DNA of 64,000 bases, from positions 62,001 to 126,000 of the forward strand of contig MCFE01000124.1 of the NCBI GenBank assembly GCA_002104905.1, read 5' to 3'. Shown here one piece after another: positions 1-12,789 of this stretch. Within the stretch, counting starts at the first letter, position 1, and every line of letters starts with the position of its first letter. Below the pieces are notes generated by a model. The model did no database searches. It saw nothing but the letters and a program-made list of their open reading frames with translations, and had not been told where the DNA came from. Both the position numbers and the translations under genes were made by a program. Source of the DNA: Basidiobolus meristosporus CBS 931.73. Lineage: Eukaryota; Fungi; Basidiobolomycota.

Positions 1-338
1 GCTGTATCAAGTCTCTACTCATCTTTAGTACAACCCAAGCAATACCCATCCCCCAGCTCACTAGCATGGTCTGGACTAGAAAAAACATTGTTAGATCTGA
101 TTGATTTCTTGCCAAGTCATTTCAGTGTGGACCAAGTGTCTATGGTCAGCCTTCATTCAGATATCAGGGCACTACGCATTAATCTAGCAGTACTGGATAC
201 CTCAGAGAGCAAAATAGATTCAGAACCTGAGTGGAAAGCTGTGGCATGAGTTCTACATCAAGATGCCAGCAGATATATGTAAAAAGATATATAAATGGAC
301 ATGTATTGTAATCAAGAATGAGCTCAGAGTGAGGGGAT
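1..338 (+). mobile_element. Fragment of the ORF2 5' region of the PHIS/Pangu-like transposon
   Basis: Colinear with ~22105-22443 (ctcatctttagtacaaccc...gagttctacatcaagatgccag...aagaatgagctcagagtgaggggatt); stops and C>T changes. Confidence 0.85.
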
Positions 339-340
339 TA

Positions 341-850
341 CCGGCAAAAAATAATTTGGTTCTGCAGGTGAATCCAGTCTGGATCAGCTATCAAGATCCC
401 ATCAGGAGACCACTATACTACCAGCAGCTTGGAGTTAATGAATATCAACACAATCTTGTGACAGGATCACAATGGTACTCTGCTAATTCTACAGCCAAAT
501 AAAGTTGATAAAATATAACAGTGTTTGTATAGTGTTTTGCCAAGGGTGGCATGGTATTGTTTCAGCCTTAGAACATTTACAACTATTTCAGTGGATCTAA
601 CCAGCCAGTACACTCAATTGCTGTATATGGCAAAAAACCGGTTAGTGTTTTGATGGCCTCTTTACAAGTCTCTTAAGGCATTATAGCAGCAGTACAGTGG
701 CCTACAGCTAGTTCTTTAAAATGCTACCATACCAATTTACCATATGATATTCCCTTTTTCTACCTCCCCTTGTGCAATTCATATATTCCACTGTAGAATC
801 ACCTGTCTTTATTTGCTGACCGACTGCTACCTTTGGTATTCCACATATAG
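341..850 (-). mobile_element. Terminal ~510-bp fragment of the CMC/CACTA-like element, tandem to 852-1360
   Basis: Diverged direct repeat of 852-1360 (aataatttgg..ctgcaggtg..tcaagat..cagcagcttgga; ttttctacctccccttgtgcaa..tattccacatatag). Confidence 0.75.
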
Positions 851-851
851 C

Positions 852-3010
852 CCCTATGAAATATAATTTGGTACTGCAGGTGGACTCAATCCGGATCAGC
901 CGTCAAGATACTGCTCAGAGACCATCATAATAACAGCAGCTTGGAATTAGTGATCTTCCTAACAATCTTATGACAGGATCATGATGGTGTTTTGATCATT
1001 TTACAACCAATAAAGGGATAAAACTTACAATATTGGATTGATGCTGTGGCAAAATTTGCATGGCACTGTTGCAGTCTTTCAGCGCTCTATAACTATTTTA
1101 AGTGGATCCAGTAGGCCAGGACATCCAATTGCCTTATATGGCAAGAAACTTGACAGTATTTTGACATCCTCAGAGCTAGACTCTGATGGCTTTTTTTGGC
1201 AGTATGACGGCTTACCACTGGTTCTGTAAAACGCTACCATACCAGTTTACCAAATGGTATTTCCTTTTTCTACCTCCCCTTGTGCAAATCATATATTTCA
1301 CTGTAGTATCACCTTTCTTTATTTGCTTACCCACTACTACCTTGGGTATTCCACATATAGTTCAAGTCAAGAAAAACTATGGCTTCCTGCTTACTAACCT
1401 CTACAAACACACACACCTGCCACAATTGACATACTTCTATCACCTCAACTTTACAGCTTTTAGTGTGATACTTGCAAAGATGCCATATACCTTGTACTGC
1501 TGGTAAAGTATATATTTTACAAACATATGCTTGGTTGTTGCCACTTCAGCCATGAATACCTCCTGAATAGCCACAAAGAACTTCTTGGTATATGGCTAAT
1601 ATATTCCTTCTCCCTGCTGGATTCTAGTCCCCCTTAAAGGTGCACTCTGGCTTTTGTTTGTGTGAATTCAGTATTCAATAATGTAGAAGTTGACTTGTGA
1701 CCATGAGAAATCCAGCATATCTAAATAGAGTTTTCCTGATAAAAATTAGTTGCTTGTTGCACCCAACCCAACTTTGCATTACTTAGCTGATTAGCCACAC
1801 TTTGAAGCTGCTTAGCTTCTAAATGCCATAGGCATAGGTGTCTCCATGTGCACACTTGTCCTCAGTTTTTTCCAACTCTTTCTGGCTGTCCTCCATGTGA
1901 CAACTCATCAAATCCATGATAGACTTGAAGGTTATATTCTTGATGAGATTGGGATACTATAGTACCTGCAACTTAGCTTGAGTTACTATCTCCCCACACA
2001 TCCACTTCATAAGATACTCCCAAAAGGTGAAGTAAGGCCCAATATTCTCCATGCACCATGTAAGATGGAGTAGTGGATGGATATATTAGCAGCAGAGATC
2101 TACGCATTCAGCTTTATATTTGCACTATAGCTGCTCAAATCCCATCACAAGCTCCTCACACAACAGCTGTAGATGTGTCAAGTTGGCATTGGTGATCTGC
2201 TTCTGGATAAATATTCTTACAATGCCCACATATGACTCCCAATGCTTCCAATGTACTCTTGGTAGGAATGGCTTCAGAACACCACTTGAATAAATACATA
2301 TCCGGTTCATCCAGTCTTTGCATTTGTATTGTCGCATATGGATATGAACATTGATTGGAGCCCATGAGAAGTACTTAGGGTAGAGGATACTGTTGCCAGC
2401 CACATGATAGTTGTCCACTTGTACCACGTACATGGTAAGTTGCATCCCAATATGATTTTGGCAAGAAGTAGCAATATATCCTCAAAGCCCCCATTTCTGA
2501 TATTAGTGGAAACACACCGCTACTCTAGCCACAACATTACATCATTCACCAGTAGATGGATTACTTGGCTCACTTGGCTCCATAAAGTATCCTTGGCATT
2601 TGTTTCAACCGGTTTTGTCTCATTGCATATAGGGATTTGACCAGACTCATACATGGTACTGTTGTAAGGGGAGATAGGCTCAAAATCCATCAGTGAATCT
2701 TCTTTGTCAGAGCTATCACTTTGCATGCCATATTCAGAAGGCTGAAGTGAGCCTAAAGGTGTCACAAACTCACCTGACTCAGTTTGCGCAAGGTGACAAA
2801 GATGCCAGGTGCTGGTATAGATGTATCAACTGGCCAGCAAGATATTGTTGGTACAGTAGTGATCAATGAATAGTCAAATGTGACTTTGGTGGCAAAACAC
2901 TGGCTGTGATCTTTGTAATACTTCCTATGGTGTTTGTGCACTTCATGGCTGAGAAGTTTGCCACAATAGCCACATGGTCTTTTTTCTCTTATTATATGGC
3001 ATTGAGTCAA
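852..3010 (-). mobile_element. CMC/CACTA (EnSpm, tnp2/Transposase_21-like) transposase relic, copy 1, with an internal ~1 kb deletion
   Basis: N-terminal CxxC..H motif (RPCGYCGKLLSHEVHKHH); core segment YKCKDWMNRICIYSSGVLKPFLPRVHWKHWESYV..EQLYY and HLTWCMENIGPYFTFWEYLME are typical of fungal tnp2; terminus CCCTATGAAA at 852; the segment at ~15240-16250 of copy 2 is missing near 2395. Confidence 0.75.
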
Positions 3011-3264
3011 AGTAGTCTTGTCTATGGGGCAAGCAGTTAACCTTCAACAACATAACACTACTAAATCACTTTTTGGTCAAAAGACTTGTTCCCTTGGATA
3101 GTGCCACATAGTGCCAGCCTGTTTATAGTGCCAGCTTGATCTGGCACTCTTTGGCACCATCTGGCACTATAATTTTTACCATAATGCCGGTGGTAGGATA
3201 TAGCTACTGGTAATTTTACTCAATCTTACTTATGTTGCTCAGAGCAGTGCTTTCCTTGCTTTAT

Positions 3265-4145
3265 TTACTCTTCATAATGCTCCCAACATATTTCTCTCAG
3301 TGGATGTCTTCTTGTATTGATATACTGTATAATAAGTATCTTAACTATTTTACCTATTCTGCTGTTTTCTCCTATATATGGCTTTCCTCTGTGTTTACTG
3401 GCCAATATGCTGAATCTCTTTTAATATTTGGATGTATGCTCTACCCCAACTCTGAAATGATTGAATATCTCACTGTCAAGCTTCTGATTCCTGCTAGGCA
3501 CACCATTCCTTTGCTTTCTATAAGCTATACTAGATCCTAATCTCTGACAATCCTATCCCATATAGGCTAAGTTTGCTGTACATTTCTCCCCTCTACTGAA
3601 TTCTGGATGATTCTCTACCCAGAGGGCGTTATCACACCTACCTCTAGCAAGTGGCCCACTAAACCAGATAATGTCACCCCCAATATCAGAGAGTGCCTGA
3701 AACTTCACAAAGTGTGCCTTGTACTTGCCATAATCAAAGTGTCTCTGCCCTCTAGAAGGTATGTTAATTCTGACTGGGAAGGCATCCAAAATACTCCTGA
3801 TATGGATTCTGTTGCTGAAAACTCTGGGATATGGAAGTCTATTGGAGCTTCTAAATCTAGTACTCCAAGCTTGCTCTAAGTCATTCATACCCTCTGCAAG
3901 GTGGTTCTCCATTGCTGTCAGCTGGGAATGAAAGCTTCTAGGACTCTTGGTGATATGGATGGTGGGATGAAACCTTGTAGAGCAATAGTTCTTGTAATAG
4001 CTGAGAAGCTTAACAAGAGATCTCCTTTAGTGGATTGGGGTAGATGATCCACAATACTTGGTACAGATCTCCTCTAGTGTGTCAAAAGGAAATCCAGCAG
4101 TAGTGATGGGATTGATGAGAAAAGACCATTCAGATGAGTAAGTCA
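3265..4145 (-). pseudogene. DDE_Tnp_4 (PIF/Harbinger/IS5-like) transposase, inactivated
   Basis: LDAFPVRINIPSRGQRHFDYGKYKAHFVKFQ..SDIGGDIIWFSGP, ANLAYMG, RVGVEH..KRFSIL..HRG..HPLR; several premature stops. Confidence 0.9.
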
Positions 4146-5273
4146 TATCAAAACTGGTAGATGATTGGGCTGAGGTGATTTTAATTGATTTGACATGCTC
4201 AGCTTAGTTTATCTGATATTCCATGCATTATGATTAAATCTTCATCAATTGCCATGTATCCCATCATTATGTTGCAAAAATCATCCTCAAACAATGACTT
4301 GGTATTTTTATTGATGTTTTACTCACAAGTCTTTAATCAAATAGGAAATCTGCAACTGATGTGATCTGATCCATGTTAAAGCAATCCAAGATGCATCATG
4401 CATAGTACATGGAAAACTCAGCAATCAAATTAGTTTTCATATTTATTTCATATAGGACCAGATTGATTCCAATACACTACTGTATAAGTATCCAAATCCA
4501 TCACCATGGTCCCTATGCCAAGTCTCAACTCATCTTTAGTACAACCCAGACAAAACCCATCCCCTAGCTCAGAAGCATGGTCTGGACCAGAAAAGTCAAT
4601 GTTGGATCTGTTCAAGTTCTGGCTAAATGATTTCATTATGGCCCAAGTGTCTATGTTGAGACTTCATACAGATATTTGGGCACTACTCACTAATCTAGCA
4701 GAACTAGATACCTTGGAGAGCCAACAGAGATGCAAGAACCTGAGTAGAAAGCTGTGGCATGAGTTCTACATTAAGATGTCAGTGAATGTATGTAAGAAGA
4801 TATATGACAAGACAAGTTTTGAAATCAAGAATGAGCTGTGAGTGAGGGCATTTGATGAGGAAGCCACGTGGGTATAATTTGCACGCAGTTTGCTCAGTAT
4901 GGGCCAGACACATCTGTTTGTACCTCAACTTTGGGTACCAAAGGGATTTTAACTGAGTTTTTGCCTTAAATGACAGATGTATCACATGATATATCAGTAG
5001 AGCTAAGTGGCTTCCAAGAGCAATATACACAGGACTCATTTAGGTAACCGTTCCAAAGTATCAGACAGAGGGTAAGTTAATACCTTGAGGAATCAGTAGG
5101 TGAGCTTCAGCTCATAGCACTGCAGGCTAGCTCAGTTGCATCATCCAGAGCAACTCAGCATGGCCAAGCTGCAGCATCTCCCTCATCAACTAGGAGGCAA
5201 AATACTTCCTACATATGCACAAGTAGCCAAGAGGATAGTCTACGAGAAAGTAGTTTAGGTGTGCAAAGTAAAT

Positions 5274-6006
5274 AGACTTGTTCTGTTGGATAGTGCTACA
5301 TTGAGCCATGAGTGCCATATGATGCCATAGTGTGCCAGAGAGGCCAAGTGAGCCTCTACCTGGCCACAGAGTGTGAAACATAGCTCTGCATCTTCATGCA
5401 AAGCAGCCCCTGTGTTTCACCCATTGTGTTGGAGAAAATCCATTTTTTGACCTTTTTTTTGGATCAATGTTGTGCAGGATGTGTTAGAGCACAAGCATAT
5501 TGAAGATATGCATCTGGTACTCAATACCCATGGCACTCTGAATCTAGTTCCTGAAGCTTGTATCAAGTCACAAAAATGAATGGCACTATCTTGGTCCACT
5601 GGTACTATATGGCACTATAAGTGCTTTGTATAGATCTTACTTTAGGGCTAATATATAAATATAGTGCCATATAGTACCAGTGGACCAAGATAGTGCCATT
5701 CATTTTTGTGACATGATACAAGCTTCAGGAACTAGATTCAGAGTGCCATGGGTATTGAGTACCAGACTCATATCTTCAGTTCTCCTGTGCTTTTTCATAT
5801 CCTGAGCTACCTTGGTCCACAAAAAAAGGTCAAAAAGTGGATTTTCTCCTGCACAATGGGTGAAACATAGGGGCTGCTTTACATGAAGATGCAGAGCTAT
5901 GTTTCACACTCTGTGGCCAAGTATAGGCTCACTTGACCTCTCTGGCACACTATGGCATGATTTGGCACTCATGGCTCAATGTGGCACTATCCAACAGAAC
6001 AAGTCT
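5274..6006. mobile_element. 733-bp foldback (near-palindromic) MITE of the PHIS family, TSD AAT
   Basis: AAT at 5271-5273 and 6007-6009; ends AGACTTGTTC/GAACAAGTCT; ~345-bp inverted arms around a ~40-bp spacer; excision restores the host ORF2 sequence gtgcaaagtaaattactaccaaatgc (compare ~23290). Confidence 0.95.
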
Positions 6007-6851
6007 AATTACTACCAAATGCTTCCATAGTAGTCCTGATGAGAAAAAAACCTAGAAGAAGATGATGCAATTGCATTGAATTGCAATTATTTGTCACAAT
6101 CCCAATAACACATTTTTTTGCAATCCACATCAAGCCATTGCAAACCAGCTACCACTGAATTTTTGATTTAAGCAATATCAAGGTCATCTCACATTTGAGA
6201 GTGGACCCCTGTAAATAAACACCTACATATGTATACATTATCCATGGCATCAGTGCAGCCATTTGGTCTGATTTGAACCTATGCAATTGGTTATAGCTAT
6301 GCCACCTTGTCCAATCACCAGGATCAGGGATTTATGGCTTAATGGGCAAAATGGGATATTTGATGGCAAACCAGGTAGCTTATGGATTGGTCAAAGAGCT
6401 AATTGGGGGCTGACAGCTTTGGGATACTTTTGGATCAATCAACCACTGAGTTAACATCCAATTGAAGCAATGATTACCAAAATGGTAAATGTGAGTGTAG
6501 CTTATAGCATGGTATTGATATATTTCCAATTACATCAAAGAAACATATCCACAATATTGCTCCCAATCATTCTTAGAGACTGCAGACTGCGCCACATGCC
6601 CTGGCACAGTAAAATGGAATAAGTGTAATACTCATGTGAGCTTAAGACAGTCTGGTATATGAGACATTGCCCCTGCATGAATGTAAGATTCAAAGTTGTC
6701 CTACCATAGCAAGCATTATAAATAAAGTTGTGGCATAAGATATACACATATATGAAACACTATTTCCTCTTTGGCTTAACTCACTTGCACCAGAAATAAA
6801 GCAAAGTCATCTGGTTCTCAACCAAACACTACCGCTGATGGCAACAGAAGA

Positions 6852-7720
6852 ATGGTTGGACAGCAGCTTGCTTTGACATTCAGTGCAACAAGCAGGGCTA
6901 CATCTAAAGAAGGCCTTGTAGACAGTGTGCTCATTGAAGGTAATAATGTGAACCCCTCAGGCCCTCAGTCAGGTAGGCAATTGAAAACCTCTGTGGAGCC
7001 ACAAGCTGACCATTATGCTCAGGCAGATGGGAAAGTAGCAAACACAGTACCCTCAGTTGAAGATCAGCAAGTGATCATGAAAATGTCACCACCACCCATA
7101 TTAGCAAGTATGCTGTCAGCTCATATCAAAGCATTGATGAAGCAATTAGGTGCAGTGGCTGATAGGATAGATGCAATGGCCCAGAGAAATCAGGAAATAG
7201 TCCAGAAACAGGATGAGTGTATATTATGTGTAGAACAATTAATATTGCAGTTAGGGAAAGCAGTATCTTTGCTGCAACAAAGGAACTCACGCAGCTCAAT
7301 GTCACAGCCAAGAATTGATCCATTTTGCAATGTAACAGCCGAGGAGCACCGTACAGTCTTTGAAGCACAACAACAGTACCCTAAGATAAAGCCCACAGAA
7401 AAATCTATCACAGCATGGGAGGGTGACAATGTGGTATCTATACCAAAGCCTAAAAATCAAAAGACATTGAAGATCCATGAAGCTATTGAGTGCAATAATG
7501 CAGAGTGGGCTAACATATAAGAGGCTGTTAGAGGTCTAGCATGCCATCACCTTAAGGCTGGCACACCATTGGATAATCAGGAACTCAAGGCCAAGCAGAA
7601 TGCATTTGACTTGCTCCATGAGAATCATCCTGGACTCAAATGGGCAAAAGGATTTTGGGCCAACATTAATATGCTAAGAAAGTATGTTAAGAACAGCAGA
7701 AACTATTAAAGGCAGAAGAA
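6852..7720 (+). pseudogene. Decayed ORF, probably the accessory gene of the CACTA-like element
   Basis: 222-aa ORF with a coiled-coil-like stretch, reading through one stop into EAVRGLACHHL..LHENHPGLKWAKGFWANINMLRKYVKNSRNY; homologous downstream region recurs inverted at 29095-31170. Confidence 0.5.
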
Positions 7721-8500
7721 CAAGGGTGCCATGGCTAAAAACCAGCTGCTTCCTCAAGAGCGCATTACAAGCAGGGCCAAAAGCTTTAGACAAGTGTCAA
7801 AGAGACATCAGGTTGCTGGAAGAGTGTCAATTAGGGACAAGCAAGCAGACACATATGCACCATCAATTTAGTGGTGACAGACTTAGCAGTGGTAAAGGCC
7901 TAGGTAAAGGGGGAGAAGTCAAGTGTGAGACAAATCTGCGGCTCTAACATTTAATTCATACTAGAAAGGAGATTTTGGGCCAGCTTTGGTGTAATAAGAA
8001 AGTATCTCAAGTATAGTAGAAACTATCAAAGGTGGAACAACAAGGGTACAATGGCTAAAGAGCAGCAGCTTCCTCAAGAGCCTGTTACAAGCTAGGCCAG
8101 AAGCTCCAAGTAAGTGTCAATGAGACATTGGATAGCTTGAATAGTGCCAATGAGCGCCAAGCAAGCAAACAAAGATGCACCAGCATAACATTTGACAAGT
8201 AAAAGCATAGTTCTACACTAGAAGCAATATGGTAAAGTAGCAGTAACAGACCTGGCAGTGATAAAAACTAGCATCTACCTCACAAACTCTTTGCAACTTG
8301 GGCTGAGAGCTCAAAACAAGCCAGAGAGAAGCATTGAATTGCCTACAGAGTGCCAGCAAGGGACAAGCAGGCCAAAAAGGTGTATCAGAGGTGCATTAAG
8401 TGGCAAGAATGTCTAATTCAAGACAAGAAGCACTCAGACAAAGTAGCAGTGAAAGTTCAGGCACTGTAAAAGAAATAGGTAAGGGAGAGAAGTCAAACCA
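7706..8500 (+). repeat. Imperfect direct repeats with ~320-bp period
   Basis: aaagg..aacaagggt..atggctaaa..cagcttcctcaagag..ttacaagc at 7706 and 8027; third degenerate unit near 8300-8500. Confidence 0.7.
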
Positions 8501-9252
8501 AGCTAGAGAAAGGGAGGCAGAAGAAAAAACCGCAGTTCCTGCAATATAATGCTGTCTGCCCCAAACAATCCAAATGTTGCAATAGCAAAAAGAACTACCA
8601 AGAAAACCACTGTTTTCACAAAAGTTGGAAGTGCTTCCAATTGACCCACACTGTAGTGAGGTAGATGAGCTTGCAGAGAAGGTATGTTTGACCACCACTG
8701 CCTCCATATCCTACAATGTTGACAGAGTGGTAATCCCACAGAGCAACAATGCAACAATGTCATGGACTCAAAATTATCATAATGCCTAATGCAGAATTTT
8801 AGAACATTTATAGGGTTACCAAGAGGTTACATCTTTTCTCCAAGAGTAGCGTTCAAGAAAATGCACTTGAATATTTCAAGGACTTATTACAAAGGCTAGT
8901 AGATGTAGTGATAGACTTGCAGTGCTGGCCAATGACAAAAGACTGCAAGATTCCCATCAAGATTTTGGCTTGCATTGGCAGTACAATCTTGAGGTACAAC
9001 TGAAGATCTAACAGAAATAAACCAAGTTCTATGCATGAAAAGTAAGAGCTTTGGTCTAGATAGGAAGCAAGGAGTGTGAAGATGCAGTAATAGCTAATGA
9101 ATGTACACAATTGTATGAGGCAACTGAGTGTTAAGGATGCACAAGTGAAAGAATCAGCAGCAAACTAACACAATATGTTGTAATCAATTATCTTGACCAA
9201 GTTTTTTGGGAAATTTTGGGATACAATTTCTTCTTGATAGTTGTTAGGCAGT

Positions 9253-9986
9253 AGATATGTTCCATTGGATAGTGCCAGATTAAGCCATAAGTGCCAAGTA
9301 ATGCCATTGCATGGCAGAAATGCATAGCCAACCTGTACTTGGCCACAGAGTGTGAAACATGACTTTCCATCTTCAGGCAGAGCAGCCCTTGTGTTTCACC
9401 CATTGTGCTGGAGATAATCCATTTTTTGACCTTTCTTTCTGGATCAACATTGTTCAGGATGTGTGAGAGCACAGAAGGACTGAAGATATGCATCTAATAC
9501 TCAATACCCATTGCACTCTGAATCTAGCTCCTGTAGCTTGTATTGTAACACAAAAACGCATGGCACTATCTTGTTACACTGCTACTATCTGACACTATAA
9601 GTGCTTTATATAGGTTTTACTTTAAGGCTAATATTTAAATATAGAGCCTGATAGTGCCAGTGGACCAAGATAGTGCCATGCATTTTATGTGTTACAATAC
9701 AGGCTACAGGAGCTAGATTTAGAGTGCCTTAGGTATTGAGTACCTGATGCATGTCTTAAATCTTTTTGTGCTCTTACATATCCTGCACACCATTGATCCA
9801 TAAGAAATGTCAAAAAATGGATTTTCTCCAGTATAATAGGTGAAACACAAGGGCCACTTTGCATGAAGATGCAGAGCTATGTTTCACACTCTGTGACCTA
9901 TTATTGGCTCACTTGGCCTCCTTGGCCCACTATGGCATCATTTGGCACTCATGGCTCAATGTGGCACTATCCAATGGAACAAGTCT
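9253..9986. mobile_element. Second foldback MITE copy, TSD AGT
   Basis: AGT at 9250-9252 and 9987-9989; AGATATGTTCCATTGG...CCAATGGAACAAGTCT; same size and palindromic structure as 5274-6006. Confidence 0.92.
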
Positions 9987-9994
9987 AGTGTCCT

Positions 9995-11030
9995 GATATG
10001 CTGTGCTGTATTATGATTAGTTTGGGGCATGCTCTGCCACACAAGGGCTGGTCAATAGTAAACAACAACTTTCATTATCATAGGGCAGGTGCACAGGCTA
10101 TGTCCCAAATCAAGATGTTGTCATTCTGCAAGATATCTGTCATAAGGGCTGCAACACTTGCAAAGAACTTGAATGATCCTCAACAACAGGGAATCATTCC
10201 AAGAAATGACCTGAGCTCTAATATGCTATGGGGATGCTTTAGATACCTCATAGCTTCCACTTCCTTGAGGCCTGAGTTTACTCCTGTACAAGTCACTATA
10301 TGACCCAGATACCCCGCATGTTCTTATAGGAATTCACCTGTTGCTAGCTTGCCATATTGCTTGTTCTCTCTTAGCTTCTTTAGGACCTTTTCAATGTGTA
10401 CTAAGTGGTCCTCCTCTGTCTTACTCTAAATCCCTATATCATCTAAGTAAGTTGCTACAAACAAGCACTCCTAAGAATGGTTTGCATCAAGGTCATCAAT
10501 GTTGCAGTGGCATTGGTGAGTCCAAAACTGACAACTAAGCACTTGCAATGTTGATACCTGGTCCTTATTGCCATCTTGGCATTACCTTGTGGCTTCACCC
10601 AAATTGGGCTGTATCCTGAAATGAGTCAACCTTGATGGATAAGTTAGCTCCATTGAGTTGATCCAAAGGCTCAGCAATTGAAGGTATGGGTTACTTATTT
10701 TTGCAGTAACTGCATCAAGAGTTGTGTAGTCAATGCACCTCCTTATTGTTCCATGCTTATTTTCTACAAAAAGCACTGGTGCTGCCCAAGGTGACTTAGT
10801 GGCCCTGAAGTACCCATGCTCCAATAGTAGATCAATTTGTCTCTTCATCTTTTCCAATTCCAATGGATGCATCCTATAAGGTGACTGGTTCACTGAGGGG
10901 GGCTATCTTCTGTGTTATTGGCAAGATCCATGTTTCTGACTGGTGGTATGCTTACAAGTTCATCTGGAAACATGTCTGAATACTTCCTTGGAAAGGTTTA
11001 GACATTCTGGGGACTGGAGTAGTGATATCA
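9995..11030 (-). mobile_element. Ty3/Gypsy reverse transcriptase relic
   Basis: [53 protein letters not shown], followed by a frameshifted RT core. Confidence 0.88.
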
Positions 11031-11079
11031 TCCTGTAAACTGCCTTGAGAAACATTGGGGAACCTTTCCCAGGTGCTCT

Positions 11080-11885
11080 ACAGAACTGTGAATGGCCAAA
11101 ATTGCAAACCTGCAGCAACCCCTATGGACAATAACCTGAAATTAAGCAGATCTCAGCCAGTTATAGATGAAAACATCTGAAATATGGACCAAAACTTTCC
11201 CTATCATTCAATGGTTGGTAGCCTAATGTACTTGATGGTGTCTGCACGTCTAGATATTGCAGTGGCAGTTGGAATAGTCAGTCAATTCATGCAGAATTAT
11301 GGTTCAGATCAAATTGCAGCAGTTAAGCGGATTTTCAGATATCTACAAGGTACCATAAATATGGTACTGGAATACTCTGGAGCAGCTAATAGGCAAAAAT
11401 TTGATGGGTATAGTGATTCAGATTGGGGTAGGGATCTGATTGACAGACACTCCACCACAGGCTATGTATTTCTTTATGCTGGTGCAGCTATTACTTGGAA
11501 TTGCAAGAAACAACCAACTGTGGCACTATCTACAACTGAAGCCAAATATATGGCTGCATGTCAAGCAACTAAGGAGGCTATATGGCTACAAAAATTATTC
11601 AAAGACTTGGGTTTTAATTTAGGTGAACCAACATGTATTTACAAGGATAATCAAAGTTGTATTTCATTAGCTAGAAATCCTACTAATCATGCCAGAACTA
11701 AGCACATTGATATACAGCATCACTTTGTGAGGGAAGCTATAGAAAATAACTTAGTGGAGTTAGTTTACTGCCCAACTGGCAAAATGCTGGCAGACATATT
11801 GACAAAACCACTAGCTAGGCCACAGTTTGAGATCCTTAGAGGGAAATTGGGATTAAGAAATTATTTAGTTGAGGGAGAGTGTTGA
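11080..11885 (+). mobile_element. Ty1/Copia RT C-terminus plus RNase H, followed by PPT and LTR start (TGTTGA at 11880)
   Basis: PYHSMVGSLMYL..RLDIAVAV, GYSDSDWGRDLIDRHSTTGY, KQPTVALSTTEAKY, HARTKHIDIQHHFVRE, ADILTKPL; purine tract GAGGGAGAG immediately before TGTTG. Confidence 0.93.
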
Positions 11886-12321
11886 AATATTGGACTATTT
11901 GGTATCATTTAGCAGCTAAAAATTTACTTAACAATTCTAGACTAGTCTTAGTCACTGTAGGACTCATTTACTGCCTTAACTTTGCCACTTTCCCCAGATA
12001 TACAATCTTATGATTATTCCCCTATAGACAGGATCAAATTAGCACTGCTACCAATTAGTTCCTTATAGCTAAATCACTTCTTAAATTGCAACAATTCCAA
12101 GGTGTTGGTAAACTCCATTATGGTTGTAGTCAACCTTCACACTAGAGTTGCTCTTGACAGGGCTTTGCTTGTTGTGGACCATGGTAGCTATTCCTTATTG
12201 CTGAGAATCTGAAGTAACTGTTCCTATTGGACCAAGATTGGCAGCATTGCATTCTTCCATTCTTGATTTTCTGATATCTTCAGGAGGGCTTCTTCTTGCT
12301 TCATTAGGAAAGTGTTAGATT

Positions 12322-12545
12322 ATTGCTACTACCAATGTTACATGTCTTATATACAAGTTGTATAGGAAATTGCAAGCTTTGCTAGTATTGTGATAACTGA
12401 AACTGCACCAATCTTTATTGAGTTTCAGCAGCCCCTTATATGCATCTTGCCAGATTGATTGCTGACTGTTGGTATTTTTCAATGTAGGATGATGATGATA
12501 GCGCATTTTATTGCATCTTCATCACCCAATTAGACCTTTGTAAAT
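12322..12545 (-). mobile_element. Partial 5' LTR with PBS-like sequence, same family as 12790-13156
   Basis: 12336-12545 aligns with 12790-13000; on the minus strand the LTR end TGTAACA is followed by TTGGTAGTAGC. Confidence 0.6.
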
Positions 12546-12789
12546 TTGTTCTGTTATACTCTGCCAGGGAGCCCAGCTCAATTGGCTGTTGCAAAAAGTG
12601 ATTGGGCACAGTACCGTAGCTACCAGAAGGCAGGATTACTCTTCAACAATTTTGCACTGTGTTGGACAATCTTTCACACTATGGCACAATTGGGCACAAT
12701 GAGGTTGGCACAAGGTATTGTGCCAGCTTGTGGTGTTTGGATCATATGCGCAATTGGATGCCATTGTTGTGGTAGGTAAAATGTGGTAC
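12546..12789 (-). mobile_element. Inverted fragment of the right subterminal region of the PHIS element
   Basis: Reverse complement of ~23860-24095; translation matches (AVAKSDWAQYRSYQKAGLL vs AVAKNNWAQYYSYQKAGLF). Confidence 0.85.

Larger units (their letters stand above)
3082..6626. mobile_element. Full-length decayed PHIS (Harbinger-related, Pangu-like) DNA transposon, copy 1
   Basis: Left TIR AGACTTGTTCCCTTGG at 3082; degenerate right TIR (aaaatggaataagtgt) ending at 6626; flanks AAA/AAT; contains the transposase (-), ORF2 (+, partly deleted) and a nested MITE. Confidence 0.85.

Noticed and set aside
5274-6006. Recurring ATAGTGCC/GGCACTAT motifs as a CRISPR-like array
   Set aside because: Irregular spacing, inverted arrangement, eukaryotic context; these are transposon subterminal repeats.
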